A stretch of 64,000 nt of DNA from Gammaproteobacteria bacterium (GTDB lineage Bacteria; Pseudomonadota; Gammaproteobacteria; SZUA-140). The translations under genes and the position numbers were made by a program. The stretch covers positions 225,430-289,429 of the forward strand of contig WFVD01000015.1 in NCBI GenBank assembly GCA_015491865.1. The letters are read 5' to 3'. The notes beneath the pieces were generated by a model. It had not been told where the DNA came from and made no database searches. It worked only from the letters and a program-made list of their open reading frames with translations. Below are positions 9,454 through 19,660 of this stretch, in pieces. Position 1 is the first letter of the stretch. The number at the start of each line of letters is the position of its first letter.

Positions 9454-10173
9454 ATGAATGATCCGATACGCCTCTCCAGACGCCTGATCGAACTGATCCA
9501 CTGCTCACGCCGAGAGGCGGAACAGTATATCGAAGGTGGCTGGGTACTGGTGGATGGGGTGATTATCGATCAGCCACAGTTCAAGGTACTCGACCAGAAA
9601 GTCTCGCTACACCCCGAAGCCACGCTCGCTCCCTGCCCGCCAGTGACGATGATCTTTCATCAACCAACCGGGTTTGATGCAGCCTCACCAACAGCCCCCC
9701 TTGCACTGATAACTGCGCAAAGCCACGCCTCGGATGATCAATCGGGTATTCGTCTTCTGAAGCGCCATTTTTCCCGGCTAAAAGCGACCGCACCACTGGA
9801 AGATGGCGCGACAGGACTCATCGCCTTTTCACAAGATCGGCGTGTGGTTCGCAGGCTGGTTGACGATGCCAATAAAAATGAGCAGGAGTACCTCGTCGAG
9901 GTGAGCGGCGAGATCGCCCCGGATGGCCTTGAGCAACTTAATCGCCCCATGAAGATGGCCAACTGGCCACTCCCTCTGGCCAAAGTGAGCTGGCAGAATG
10001 AGACCCGCCTGCGCTTTGCCCTCAAAAACGTGCGCCCCGGACAGATTAAATTCATGTGCCAGAGCGTTGGATTAACAGTAAACGCGATGAAACGACTTCG
10101 AATCGGCCGCGTCTCTTTATCAAAACTGCCACCCGGCCAGTGGCGCTACCTGCCCAATGGCACGCTATTTTAA
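9454..10173 (+). CDS. S4 domain + RsuA/RluF-like pseudouridine synthase homolog with degenerate catalytic motif
   Basis: S4 motif CSRREAEQYIEGGWVLVDG; GRLD motif reads APLE; EQEYLV; RLRIG..LPPGQWRYL. Confidence 0.85.
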   Translation: MNDPIRLSRRLIELIHCSRREAEQYIEGGWVLVDGVIIDQPQFKVLDQKVSLHPEATLAPCPPVTMIFHQPTGFDAASPTAPLALITAQSHASDDQSGIRLLKRHFSRLKATAPLEDGATGLIAFSQDRRVVRRLVDDANKNEQEYLVEVSGEIAPDGLEQLNRPMKMANWPLPLAKVSWQNETRLRFALKNVRPGQIKFMCQSVGLTVNAMKRLRIGRVSLSKLPPGQWRYLPNGTLF

Positions 10174-10386
10174 AAGAATTTAAGTATAAAAGGCGGTGGC
10201 TACTTATCTCATACAGGTTTATCGAGAATATCTCTCTGTTTTTGCAACAACGGGTTGTAATTCAGAATATCAGCTATAAAATCAATATAATAAGATAACC
10301 TCCAGCTCAAAACCAGTTATCCTGTCCGATAGCTGGTACGAACGGACTAAACTCTATGCTGGCACTACGCCACTGAAGGCTGCACC

Positions 10387-12495
10387 ATGATCGTAAAAAG
10401 CATCTCAATACTCGCCCTGCTCATCAGCGCCACATGGCAGCTCGCAGTTGCTGCTCCGCCTCTCTCACCCGCACCAGAACATAGCTACTCTGCGGTGCTT
10501 GTTGCCAAATTCATTACCCAGTTCCATTACAAAGAGAACAGGCTCGACGATGCACAATCCAGGGCGATACTGAAAGAGTATATCGATGCACTGGACCCTA
10601 ACCGCAACACCTTTACCCAGAAAGATATTGCGCTCATTAACCGCTACAGCACATCGCTCGACGACGCCATTCGCCGCGGCGACATGGCCCCCGCCTTTCT
10701 CATCTACCGAAAATTCAACCGCCGCCGCATTGAACGGGCCGAATATGCGCTGGCACGGCTAGAGCAACCCTTTGATTTCACCATCGATGAAACGTACCTG
10801 TTTGATCGTAGCAACGCTGACTGGCCTGAAGATACAGAGGCGCTGGATGAGATCTGGCGCAAGCGGGTAAAGAATGATGTGCTAAGCCTGATGCTTGCGC
10901 ATAAAAGCGAAGAAGAGCTGAAAAAGACACTACGAAAGCGCTACAAACGCTACATTACCCGCGCCGACCAAATGAAAGCGGAAGATGTTTATGAGGCGTT
11001 TATCAACGCCTACCTGACATCGATTGAACCTCACACCGCCTATTTCTCGCCGCGCACTTCAGAAAATTTTAATATCAACATGAAGCTTTCGCTGGAAGGG
11101 ATCGGAGCCGTACTGCAGACCGTCGGGGACTACACCGTCGTCAAGAAAACCATCCCTGGCGGCCCCGCTGAAAAGAGTGGCCAGTTCCAGCCCGAAGACC
11201 GCATCAGTGGCGTTGGCCAAGGGCATGATGGTGAGATAGAAGATGTGGTTGGCTGGCGCATCGATGATGTCGTTGCGTTGATCCGTGGCCCCAAAAACTC
11301 AGTCGTGCGACTACAGGTACTCCCCAAAGGTAAAGAGGGTGATGGCGTTGGGAAAATCATCACCATCACCCGTGACAAGATCCAACTGGAAGAGCAGCAC
11401 GCCCAGAAGAGGATCATTGAAGTACCCAATGGCGACCAGACGACTCGTATCGGCATCATCTCGATTCCCACCTTCTACATGGATTTTGAGGCTGCCAGGC
11501 GGGGCGATAAAGATTATGTCAGCACCACGCGTGACACCCGAAAACTACTTAACGAATTAAAAGCGGAAGGGGTTGATGGTGTTGTTATCGACCTGATTGG
11601 GAATGGTGGCGGCTCCCTGCCTGAAGCGATCTCCCTCACGGGCCTGTTTATCAAGTCTGGCCCGGTGGTGCAGGTTAAGGATAGTGCAAACAAACTGGAT
11701 ATCAATGAAGATACCGATAACGGTATCGCCTATGACGGTCCGGTCGCGGTTCTGGTCAATCGCTTTAGCGCCTCTGCCTCCGAGATCTTTGCCGGTGCCA
11801 TGCAGGATTACGGTCGCGCCACCATTCTCGGTGAAACCACCTACGGCAAGGGCACCGTACAGCAGATGCTAGACCTGAATCGCCATGCCCCCAGAGATAG
11901 CGCCACACTAGGCCAACTGAAACTTACTATGGCACAGTTCTTCCGCGTCAATGGAGACAGCACACAAAATCGCGGCGTAATCCCCGATATTATTTTCCCT
12001 ACCGCCGAACCCAGCTCAGAACTGGGCGAAAGTGCACTGGATAATGCACTCCCGTGGGCACGCATTGAGGCCGCCAACTATACGCCATTTAGTCGCGTCC
12101 ATATGGACCTAGCCGAGGTGATTGCTACCCACAAAAAACGGACACAATCTGATGACGGTTTTGAATATCTATTAGCCCAGACAGAAGCACGTAAAGCGGC
12201 TATGGCTAAGAAGTCTGTCACGCTACTTAAAACAGCACGCAAGGCAGAGAGAGAGAAGCAGGAACGTGAAGGGCTGGCGCGAATCAACCATTTCAGAACC
12301 TCGATTGGGCTGGAGCCGAACGATATCAGCGACCTTGAGAATGAGAGCGAAGTGGCCACCGCTGAAGATGAACGTTTTGCAGATGAAGTGAAAAATATTC
12401 AGCTCAAAGAAGCCGCCGCGATACTCACTGATATTATTGCCCTGTCGACAGATGATAAAATGATCCATCATCGCATGGCGAGCAGCTCACGCTGA
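10387..12495 (+). CDS. prc: Tail-specific (carboxy-terminal processing) protease Prc
   Basis: Signal peptide, PDZ (LEGIGAVL), SASASEIFAGAMQDYGR, TYGKGTVQ. Confidence 0.95.
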   Translation: MIVKSISILALLISATWQLAVAAPPLSPAPEHSYSAVLVAKFITQFHYKENRLDDAQSRAILKEYIDALDPNRNTFTQKDIALINRYSTSLDDAIRRGDMAPAFLIYRKFNRRRIERAEYALARLEQPFDFTIDETYLFDRSNADWPEDTEALDEIWRKRVKNDVLSLMLAHKSEEELKKTLRKRYKRYITRADQMKAEDVYEAFINAYLTSIEPHTAYFSPRTSENFNINMKLSLEGIGAVLQTVGDYTVVKKTIPGGPAEKSGQFQPEDRISGVGQGHDGEIEDVVGWRIDDVVALIRGPKNSVVRLQVLPKGKEGDGVGKIITITRDKIQLEEQHAQKRIIEVPNGDQTTRIGIISIPTFYMDFEAARRGDKDYVSTTRDTRKLLNELKAEGVDGVVIDLIGNGGGSLPEAISLTGLFIKSGPVVQVKDSANKLDINEDTDNGIAYDGPVAVLVNRFSASASEIFAGAMQDYGRATILGETTYGKGTVQQMLDLNRHAPRDSATLGQLKLTMAQFFRVNGDSTQNRGVIPDIIFPTAEPSSELGESALDNALPWARIEAANYTPFSRVHMDLAEVIATHKKRTQSDDGFEYLLAQTEARKAAMAKKSVTLLKTARKAEREKQEREGLARINHFRTSIGLEPNDISDLENESEVATAEDERFADEVKNIQLKEAAAILTDIIALSTDDKMIHHRMASSSR

Positions 12496-12565
12496 TGATC
12501 GAGAGGGCTGAATTTCGACCGCTTTTGCCTCGCCCCATACTCACCTGAGCGGTTTTAACAGTCTG

Positions 12566-15500
12566 CTAAACTGCTTCCACCATCTGTATCGCCTCCGCAA
12601 CATCGACAGCAACCAGGCGCGATACACCCGGCTCATGCATGGTCACGCCGACCAGCTGGTGCGAGATCTCCATCGTGATTTTGTTATGGGTGATGAAGAT
12701 AAACTGCACCCGGTCCGACATCTCTTTAACTAGCTGGCTAAAGCGGATGGTGTTGTTGTCATCGAGCGGCGCATCGACCTCATCAAGGATACAGAACGGC
12801 GCAGGGTTAAGCTCAAAGATTGCAAAGACCATCGCCACCGCGGTGAGCGCCTTTTCACCACCCGAGAGTAGATGGATACTGCTGTTACGCTTACCTGGCG
12901 GATGCGCCATGATGGTGACACCGGCATCCAGCACATCATCACTGGTCATCTCAAGACGCGCGCTACCGCCACCAAAGAGGCGTGGAAAAAGCTCCTGTAG
13001 CTTGTCATTAACCTTCTCAAAGGTGTCTTTAAAACGGGTGCGAGTTTCGTGGTCGATTTTACGGATAGCGCTCTCCAGCGTCTCCAGCGCCTCACCGAGG
13101 TCGGAGAGTTGTGAGTCGAGATAGCTCTTGCGCTCCGACTGCTCAGTGTACTCTTCAATCGCCGCGAGGTTGATTGCACCCAGGCGCTGAATGCGACGCT
13201 CCATCTCTTCCGCCTGATTCGCCCACGCCGCCTCACTGGCCCCTTCGGGCATCTCGGCAATCAACGCTTCCAGTCTGTATTGCGACTCGTCAATCTGCTC
13301 CTGCAATGTCTGGCGGCGCACCTTGATCTCCTGCCACGCCATCCGCATCTGCTCCAGCTCAGCGCGAATCACCAGCACCTGCTGCTCAGTTTCGCTGCGG
13401 CGACTACCGAGCTCGCGCAGCGTGTGATCACACAGCTCAACCTGACGGCGTACCTCTGCCAGCTCACCCTCAACCAGAAGACGTTTTTCAAGCAACGTTT
13501 CCAGCTCCATTCTGCTATTTTCGAGCGGCTCAACACCCTCTTCAAGCGCCTGCGTCAGCTCTTCGCGACGGCGTTCCAGATTACCCATCTGGCGCTGCAT
13601 CCGTTCTGTGTTGGTCGTCAGTGTGCCCAGCTGGGTGCGCATCGAATCAATTCTCAACATAAATTCACGTGCGATGTCGCGGTCGCGCTGCGCCTGCTGG
13701 CGACATTCAGCCAGCATCGCACTCAGCTCTTCACGCTGATCGCTAAGCGCGGCGCGCTGCTCCTGATGTTCGGCCATTTCAGCGATCATCAATTCAAGGC
13801 GTTCGCGAGCGACAATCAACTCTTCGCCACACTTCTCATTGTGGGCGCGGATCTCTTCAAGCTCCTCCTGCAGGCGACTCTTCCTCGCCTCCACCTGCTC
13901 CAGGCGCGCTTTTTTACTGCTTAGCAGTGAGCGCACCTCGGCATTATGATGGGCGATCTGATTGATATTACGCTGCAAGGTCTCGCGCTGCTCTTCCAGT
14001 GCAGCAAGCTTGACCTGCCCCTCCTCAAGCCGCTGTTCCAGTTGACAGAGATGCTCATCAGCCTCATCCAGACTCTTCGAAACGAGCTTAAGCTCTTGTT
14101 CACGTACAATAACCCCACCGTCTTCTTCACTACCACGCACCACCCGAAGCCAGTCCAGACCAAGCCAGACCCCATCACGAGTGACAACCGACTCCTGCGG
14201 CTGTAACTGAGCGCGCAACGCCAGCGCCTCTTCCACAGTATCAACCGCATAGACGCCAGAAAGCACGCCATCGAGTGGCCACTCAGAGTGAACCTTACCC
14301 AACAACGGCAGACCGACCGGTCTGAACGAGTCGCGCCGCTTCGCCTGCTGTGTATCAAAGAGGGTCAGCGACCCCTGCTGCAGTGACGCAAGATGATCTG
14401 TGACGGACCCGATACCCTCCACACAGAGCGCCTCGATATTCTGCCCCAGCACAATTTCAACGGCGCGCTCCCAGCCGTTTTCAACATTAAGGGTTTCAGC
14501 AAGACGCTGCTGCTCATCCAGTTGGTGCGTTTCCAGCCAGCTGGTGACAGCACCCGGCTGCTTGCCGAGCGCCGCCTTCTGCAACGCCTCTAACGAGGCG
14601 TGTTGTTTCTGCAGCTCGACTAGGTGACTGCGTGCATCAACCAGTTCACGGCTACTTGCCGCATTCGTTTCACGCTGCTGAGTAATCTCGCTAAGCAGCT
14701 GGTGCACCTCCTGCTGCAACCCTTCGAGCTGACTACTACTTTCGGCAGACTGCTCACTGAGGGTAGCCACCTCATCCCTGAGATCAGCCGCATCAAGGGA
14801 GCGATATTCTGCCTCCTGACGCTGCAGACGCTGCTGCTGGCGCGCCATATCTTCTTCGAGATGGATGATGCGGGTGCGTTCAACTTCAGACTGCTGTGTC
14901 TTGCTCGCAACCGTACTATTAAAAGACTCCCACGCCTCCTGCCAGCCCTGCTGACGCGCCTCGACCGCACGCAGCGCCTCGGTTGAGATCGTCGCCTGCG
15001 CCTCTGCGGCCTCAAACTGGGGATCACAAGCCTCCAGTGATGCATTAATCTCTTCGATCTGACGCTGATCATGCTCGATATGCACCCTACCTTCGGTTAA
15101 GGTCTGCAGTGCCTGCTCAAGCTCAAGCTGATTCTCTTCGCGTTTTTCCTGCATGTGTTGAATCGTCTGTTCAACACGTGCGATGTCCGCACCGATGCTA
15201 TAGAACTGCCCCTGCACCTGATTAAACTGCTCGTTCGCTTCACTATGTGCAAGACGCTGCTTTTCAATCTCTGTATCGGTGGCGCACTGCTCAGCCAGCT
15301 GACCTTCAAGCGCGGTCTCACGCCCCTGAATCGCCTGATCTTTCAGCTGCACCTCACCGTCAAGCCCCTGGTAACGCAGTGCCAACAGCTGCGCCTTAAT
15401 CAGGCGCTCTTCCTGCTTGAGAACTTTATACTTCTCAGCGGTCTTCGCCTGGCGCTGCAATGTCTGTAGTCGTTTATCAAGTTCACCCACCAGGTCTTCG

Positions 15501-16081
15501 ATTCGACTCATGTTTTCTTTTGTATGACGAATGCGCGTCTCGGTCTCACGACGACGTTCTTTATATTTTGAGATCCCCGCAGCCTCCTCCAGAAATGCGC
15601 GCAACTCTTCCGGCTTCGCCTCAATCAGGCGTGTAATCATCCCCTGCTCAATGATCGAATAACTGCGAGGCCCGAGACCGGTGCCAAGGAAGACATCGGT
15701 AATGTCACGACGACGACACCTGGTGCCATTCAAATAGTAGCTGGATTTTCCTTCGCGGTTGATCTGGCGCTTGACCGATAGCTCGCTGTATTTGGCATAT
15801 TCACCACCCAGTCGCCCCTGGGAGTTGTTAAATACCAGCTCAACCGTCGCTGCGCCAACCGGCTTACGCCCCGATGAGCCGTTAAAAATAACATCCGCGA
15901 GCGAGTCACCCCGCAGGTTTTTGGCCGAACTTTCGCCCATCACCCAGCGTACTGCGTCGATCACGTTTGATTTGCCACAACCATTCGGCCCGACAACACC
16001 GATCAGCTGGCCAGGCATCTCTAACGTAGTGGGGTCAACAAAGGATTTAAAACCGGCGAGTTTAATTTTCTGCAACTGCAT
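12566..16081 (-). CDS. smc: Chromosome segregation protein SMC
   Basis: IKLAGFKSF, GPNGCGKSN, coiled coils and hinge, LSGGEK, ILDEVDAPLD; start taken at ATG 16081. Confidence 0.97.
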   Translation of the reverse strand: MQLQKIKLAGFKSFVDPTTLEMPGQLIGVVGPNGCGKSNVIDAVRWVMGESSAKNLRGDSLADVIFNGSSGRKPVGAATVELVFNNSQGRLGGEYAKYSELSVKRQINREGKSSYYLNGTRCRRRDITDVFLGTGLGPRSYSIIEQGMITRLIEAKPEELRAFLEEAAGISKYKERRRETETRIRHTKENMSRIEDLVGELDKRLQTLQRQAKTAEKYKVLKQEERLIKAQLLALRYQGLDGEVQLKDQAIQGRETALEGQLAEQCATDTEIEKQRLAHSEANEQFNQVQGQFYSIGADIARVEQTIQHMQEKREENQLELEQALQTLTEGRVHIEHDQRQIEEINASLEACDPQFEAAEAQATISTEALRAVEARQQGWQEAWESFNSTVASKTQQSEVERTRIIHLEEDMARQQQRLQRQEAEYRSLDAADLRDEVATLSEQSAESSSQLEGLQQEVHQLLSEITQQRETNAASSRELVDARSHLVELQKQHASLEALQKAALGKQPGAVTSWLETHQLDEQQRLAETLNVENGWERAVEIVLGQNIEALCVEGIGSVTDHLASLQQGSLTLFDTQQAKRRDSFRPVGLPLLGKVHSEWPLDGVLSGVYAVDTVEEALALRAQLQPQESVVTRDGVWLGLDWLRVVRGSEEDGGVIVREQELKLVSKSLDEADEHLCQLEQRLEEGQVKLAALEEQRETLQRNINQIAHHNAEVRSLLSSKKARLEQVEARKSRLQEELEEIRAHNEKCGEELIVARERLELMIAEMAEHQEQRAALSDQREELSAMLAECRQQAQRDRDIAREFMLRIDSMRTQLGTLTTNTERMQRQMGNLERRREELTQALEEGVEPLENSRMELETLLEKRLLVEGELAEVRRQVELCDHTLRELGSRRSETEQQVLVIRAELEQMRMAWQEIKVRRQTLQEQIDESQYRLEALIAEMPEGASEAAWANQAEEMERRIQRLGAINLAAIEEYTEQSERKSYLDSQLSDLGEALETLESAIRKIDHETRTRFKDTFEKVNDKLQELFPRLFGGGSARLEMTSDDVLDAGVTIMAHPPGKRNSSIHLLSGGEKALTAVAMVFAIFELNPAPFCILDEVDAPLDDNNTIRFSQLVKEMSDRVQFIFITHNKITMEISHQLVGVTMHEPGVSRLVAVDVAEAIQMVEAV

Positions 16082-16336
16082 GGCAAGGGAAGATACATGA
16101 TAAAGAGCACACAAGACAAGCCTGGATATCCCCGGAGATTTCTATTGATACGCACTAAACGAGATCCGAGATTAATAATCTGTTATTTTACCCGCTCTGA
16201 TGATCTGATTTTAATTGAAGGAGTAATGTCGGGCATCGATCTCAGCCACTACAGATCGACAATTAACCTTTAGTAACAATAGGTTAATATAGATTTACAG
16301 AATTTACTGCAGATTGATTCACCGCTTATACAGTCC

Positions 16337-16726
16337 ATGGCAAGCACACCCAGTAAAACACTCGAAACCTTTGACAACCCAAACCAGGATCGCGACTACA
16401 CCATCCGCATCCGCATCCCGGAATTCACCTGCCTCTGCCCAAAGACCGGCCAGCCGGACTTCGCGACCATCAATATTGACTACGTGCCAGAACAGAGCTG
16501 CATCGAACTCAAGTCGCTGAAGATGTACATCTGGTCTTTCCGTGACGAAGGGGCATTCCATGAAAAGGTGACCAACCAGATGTTGAGCGATTTTGTCACC
16601 GCCTGCAACCCACGCTTCATGCGGGTCACCGCCGAATTCAACGTCCGCGGCGGGGTCTACACCAACGTGGTGGCCGAGCATCGCAACCCAGACTGGGTCG
16701 CTCCTGAACCCGTTCACCTCCCCTAA
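16337..16726 (+). CDS. queF: NADPH-dependent preQ0 reductase QueF (unimodular)
   Basis: [30 protein letters not shown]. Confidence 0.95.
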   Translation: MASTPSKTLETFDNPNQDRDYTIRIRIPEFTCLCPKTGQPDFATINIDYVPEQSCIELKSLKMYIWSFRDEGAFHEKVTNQMLSDFVTACNPRFMRVTAEFNVRGGVYTNVVAEHRNPDWVAPEPVHLP

Positions 16727-16752
16727 TCCAGATTTTTAAGCCAGACCAGCCA

Positions 16753-18039
16753 ATGGCGCGCCATCCCCTCTATCTGGGAATCGATGTAGGCACCAGCGGC
16801 TGCCGCGCCGTCGTCATCGATGAGCACGGCACACAGATCGCCACACACCACGTCACGATGGCCGCCCCCAATCAGGATGGCGCACGCATCGAGCAAAACG
16901 GCTGGATCTGGTGGAAGACGGTCTGCACACTGCTGGAAGAACTACGCGATACAGTACCCATGGGTGAAATCGCAGCGATTGCCGTTGATGGCACCTCCGG
17001 CACCCTGCTGATTACTGATGAGAAAGGCAATCCACTCTGTGATGCACTGATGTACAACGATGCCCGCAGCAGCAAAGAGGCTGAAAAAGTTGCCGCCGTC
17101 GCGCCGCCGAAAAGTGGCGCACATGGCGCCAGTTCAGCGCTCGCCAAACTGCTGTGGTTTCAAAAACAGGGCCTGCCTGAGAATGCCCAATACGCACTCC
17201 ATCAGGCCGACTGGATCGCAGGGCAACTGAGCGGCCGATTTGGCATCAGCGATGAAAATAACTGCCTCAAACTGGGTTACGATATTATCGAGCGCTGCTG
17301 GCCAGCATGGTTTGATCAATTAGATGTTGATCGTTCACTGCTACCCGAGGTCACGATTCCGGGAACCACCATCGATACCATTCGCGCTGATATAGCCACT
17401 CATCTGGGATTGTCACCACAAACCAGAATCGTCAGCGGCACCACCGACAGCATCGCAGCATTTCTCGCCACCGGCGCATCAGAGATTGGCGACGCGGTCA
17501 CCTCACTCGGTTCAACGCTGGCATTGAAAGTACTGTCTGACAAGCCCATCTTCGCCCCCGAGCAGGGTGTCTACAGCCATCGTCTGGGAGATAAATGGTT
17601 AGTCGGCGGCGCATCAAACTGCGGCGGCACAACATTATTGCAGTTCTTCAGCACAGAAGAGATGACCGCCATGACACCACACCTCAACCCGATCAAGCCT
17701 GCTGATTTAGACTACTACCCACTCCCATCAATAGGCGAGCGCTTTCCAGTCAATGACCCAACACTCGCACCACGTCTCGATCCGCGCCCAGAGAATGATT
17801 TACTGTTTTTTCAGGGGCTGCTTGAAGGGATCGCTGCGGTAGAAAAACAGGGCTACCAGCGGCTGGCGGATCTAGGCGCGCCCTACCCCACCCGAGTATT
17901 AACCATGGGCGGCGGAGCAAAGAATTACGCCTGGGGAGCAATCAGGCAACAGAGACTCAACACACCAGTCGAACTCTGCCACAAAGTACCAACCGCCCAG
18001 GGCCCTGCGCTGCAGGCATTAAACAGCAGGACGCAATAG
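16753..18039 (+). CDS. FGGY-family carbohydrate kinase (D-ribulose-kinase-like)
   Basis: GIDVGTSG, DGTSGT, SDENNCLKLGYD, GTTDSIAAFLA, GERFP, GGGAKN. Confidence 0.88.
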   Translation: MARHPLYLGIDVGTSGCRAVVIDEHGTQIATHHVTMAAPNQDGARIEQNGWIWWKTVCTLLEELRDTVPMGEIAAIAVDGTSGTLLITDEKGNPLCDALMYNDARSSKEAEKVAAVAPPKSGAHGASSALAKLLWFQKQGLPENAQYALHQADWIAGQLSGRFGISDENNCLKLGYDIIERCWPAWFDQLDVDRSLLPEVTIPGTTIDTIRADIATHLGLSPQTRIVSGTTDSIAAFLATGASEIGDAVTSLGSTLALKVLSDKPIFAPEQGVYSHRLGDKWLVGGASNCGGTTLLQFFSTEEMTAMTPHLNPIKPADLDYYPLPSIGERFPVNDPTLAPRLDPRPENDLLFFQGLLEGIAAVEKQGYQRLADLGAPYPTRVLTMGGGAKNYAWGAIRQQRLNTPVELCHKVPTAQGPALQALNSRTQ

Positions 18040-18164
18040 GGGCACTGCTGCTTTTCCCAGAGTCATAAATATGTTAAGTCAAGATTTGACTCCCTTACTT
18101 TCAATAACTGTCAAATGCTCCCGTAAAGGGCTCTAACCCCCTTATTCTTTAATTCTGCAAGAAA

Positions 18165-18257
18165 TGTCAGTATTCTTTACACTTTCACCTGCGATGATAA
18201 TGTGCGCGTGAATTTTTCATAATAAACAATGTGTTATTTGTTTGGCATAAATTATGC
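18165..18257 (+). promoter_or_regulatory. PEP-CTERM (PrsR-type) enhancer box, IHF-like site and sigma54 promoter
   Basis: TGTCAG-N5-TTTACA (18165-18181); AACAATGTGTTA near 18225; TGGCATAAATTATGC (GG-N10-GC, 18243-18257). Confidence 0.65.
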
Positions 18258-18383
18258 CCAATATTTATAGCTAGCCGACCAACAACGTACAAATAATGGG
18301 TTGGCTTGCAATGCAGAGGGGGATGCTTGGGGTTCACGAGTGTTCCAGTTTAATTGTATGTTAACTTTGAATAAGGAAAAGGA

Positions 18384-19166
18384 TTGATCATGAGCGGGCA
18401 AAAAATCTTATCTATATTTAAACAAAGTTTGATAGCGTTGCCATTAGTGGCTATTAGTGTTTCAGCATTCGCCGTTCCTATTCAGTGGACTGACTGGGAA
18501 ACGAGCAATAACGCAAATGGTTTTACGGCTTTAGGTAGTATTACGTCAGGCACCTCAACTGTTGAGGTCACATATAACAATCCTCAAGGCGTCGGGTTTT
18601 ACAATACAGGTGCTGGTGCTGATTATTGGACTGGTGGAACTGATGCCACTTCGCCCTATACAAGTTCCGTTGTAGATAACAGGCCGACTGGATCGGATAT
18701 CATCGCGCTACAATATGCTGGCCCGCAAACTTTAAGTTTTTCTGAAGTTATTGCTAACCCGGTTTTTTCCTATGTAAGCCTAAATGGAAATGGTTATGCA
18801 TTCGATCAGGATTTTGAGATCCTAAGTTTTGGTGATCTTTCTGATGGTAACGCCTGTGGATATTGGGGCTGCGGGACTTCATACAAAGAGGTAGTTGATT
18901 TAGGTGGAGGCAACTTTGAATATCGACTTTTAGGTACAGGAGAACCTCACGGTACGATACGGTTTTCAGGTGCTTTCAGTTCCGTTTCATGGACTAGCCT
19001 GACGAATGAGTTCTGGAATGGTTTCACCGTAGGCATTGAAGGAACTGCCGCACAGGTCTTTCCACCAACCACTAGTGTCCCGGAACCCGCTTCTATTGCC
19101 CTGTTAGGCTTAGGGCTTGTCGGCTTGGCTTTCTCTCGGCGATGTAACAAGGGAACTGCTGCTTAG
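18384..19166 (+). CDS. PEP-CTERM sorting domain protein
   Basis: Signal peptide ending AFA; Ser/Thr/Gly-rich body; C-terminal VPEPASIALLGLGLVGLAFSRR. Confidence 0.92.
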   Translation: MIMSGQKILSIFKQSLIALPLVAISVSAFAVPIQWTDWETSNNANGFTALGSITSGTSTVEVTYNNPQGVGFYNTGAGADYWTGGTDATSPYTSSVVDNRPTGSDIIALQYAGPQTLSFSEVIANPVFSYVSLNGNGYAFDQDFEILSFGDLSDGNACGYWGCGTSYKEVVDLGGGNFEYRLLGTGEPHGTIRFSGAFSSVSWTSLTNEFWNGFTVGIEGTAAQVFPPTTSVPEPASIALLGLGLVGLAFSRRCNKGTAA

Positions 19167-19208
19167 CTTCTCTGTAAATGCAGCTATTACCCACCGCGCG
19201 TAACCACT

Positions 19209-19239
19209 AAGAACCGCCTCTTGACCAGGGGCGGCTCTT
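19209..19239 (+). terminator. Probable terminator hairpin
   Basis: AAGAACCGCCTCT-TGACC-AGGGGCGGCTCTT. Confidence 0.5.
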
Positions 19240-19660
19240 AATCGCTAAAGGACTAAGAGGGCAGGGCCCTTTCAGGGGGCTGATAACCAACGGTGATAGG
19301 CGTCGTCTTCACAAAGCACCGGCTCACGACTTCGCCCGCGCTGCACGACATGCGCAGGTGCATCCGGAAAAAAGAATCCAGGCTTCCGCCTTTTTAAGTA
19401 CATGTACTTACATATTGCATGTTAAAATATTATACATAACCACCGCATGGTAGACAGGCCATGGCTCTCTTCCTTTCGTAAAAAAAACTTGAGTATAGAT
19501 CTTTTGAGGGGTTCTTCAATCAGAGGCAATCCAGCCTGACCCTGTTGCCACTATCCTTATGCGATAAACACTGGATTTTTATCTTCACACTGGCTAGTCT
19601 TGGGGGTTCTGAGGGGTAATAGTTCATTAAATTTTACTATAGAAAACAAGAGGCAGATTA

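Noticed and set aside
9075-9508. Several overlapping 61-105 aa ORFs
   Set aside because: None has recognisable motifs; the 39-aa ORF with RBS and terminator explains the region better.
10306-10332. sigma28-like CCGATAG upstream of prc
   Set aside because: The -35 element and spacing fit poorly.
12639-16100. Many ORFs within smc
   Set aside because: Antisense or alternate-frame artefacts of coiled-coil codon bias.
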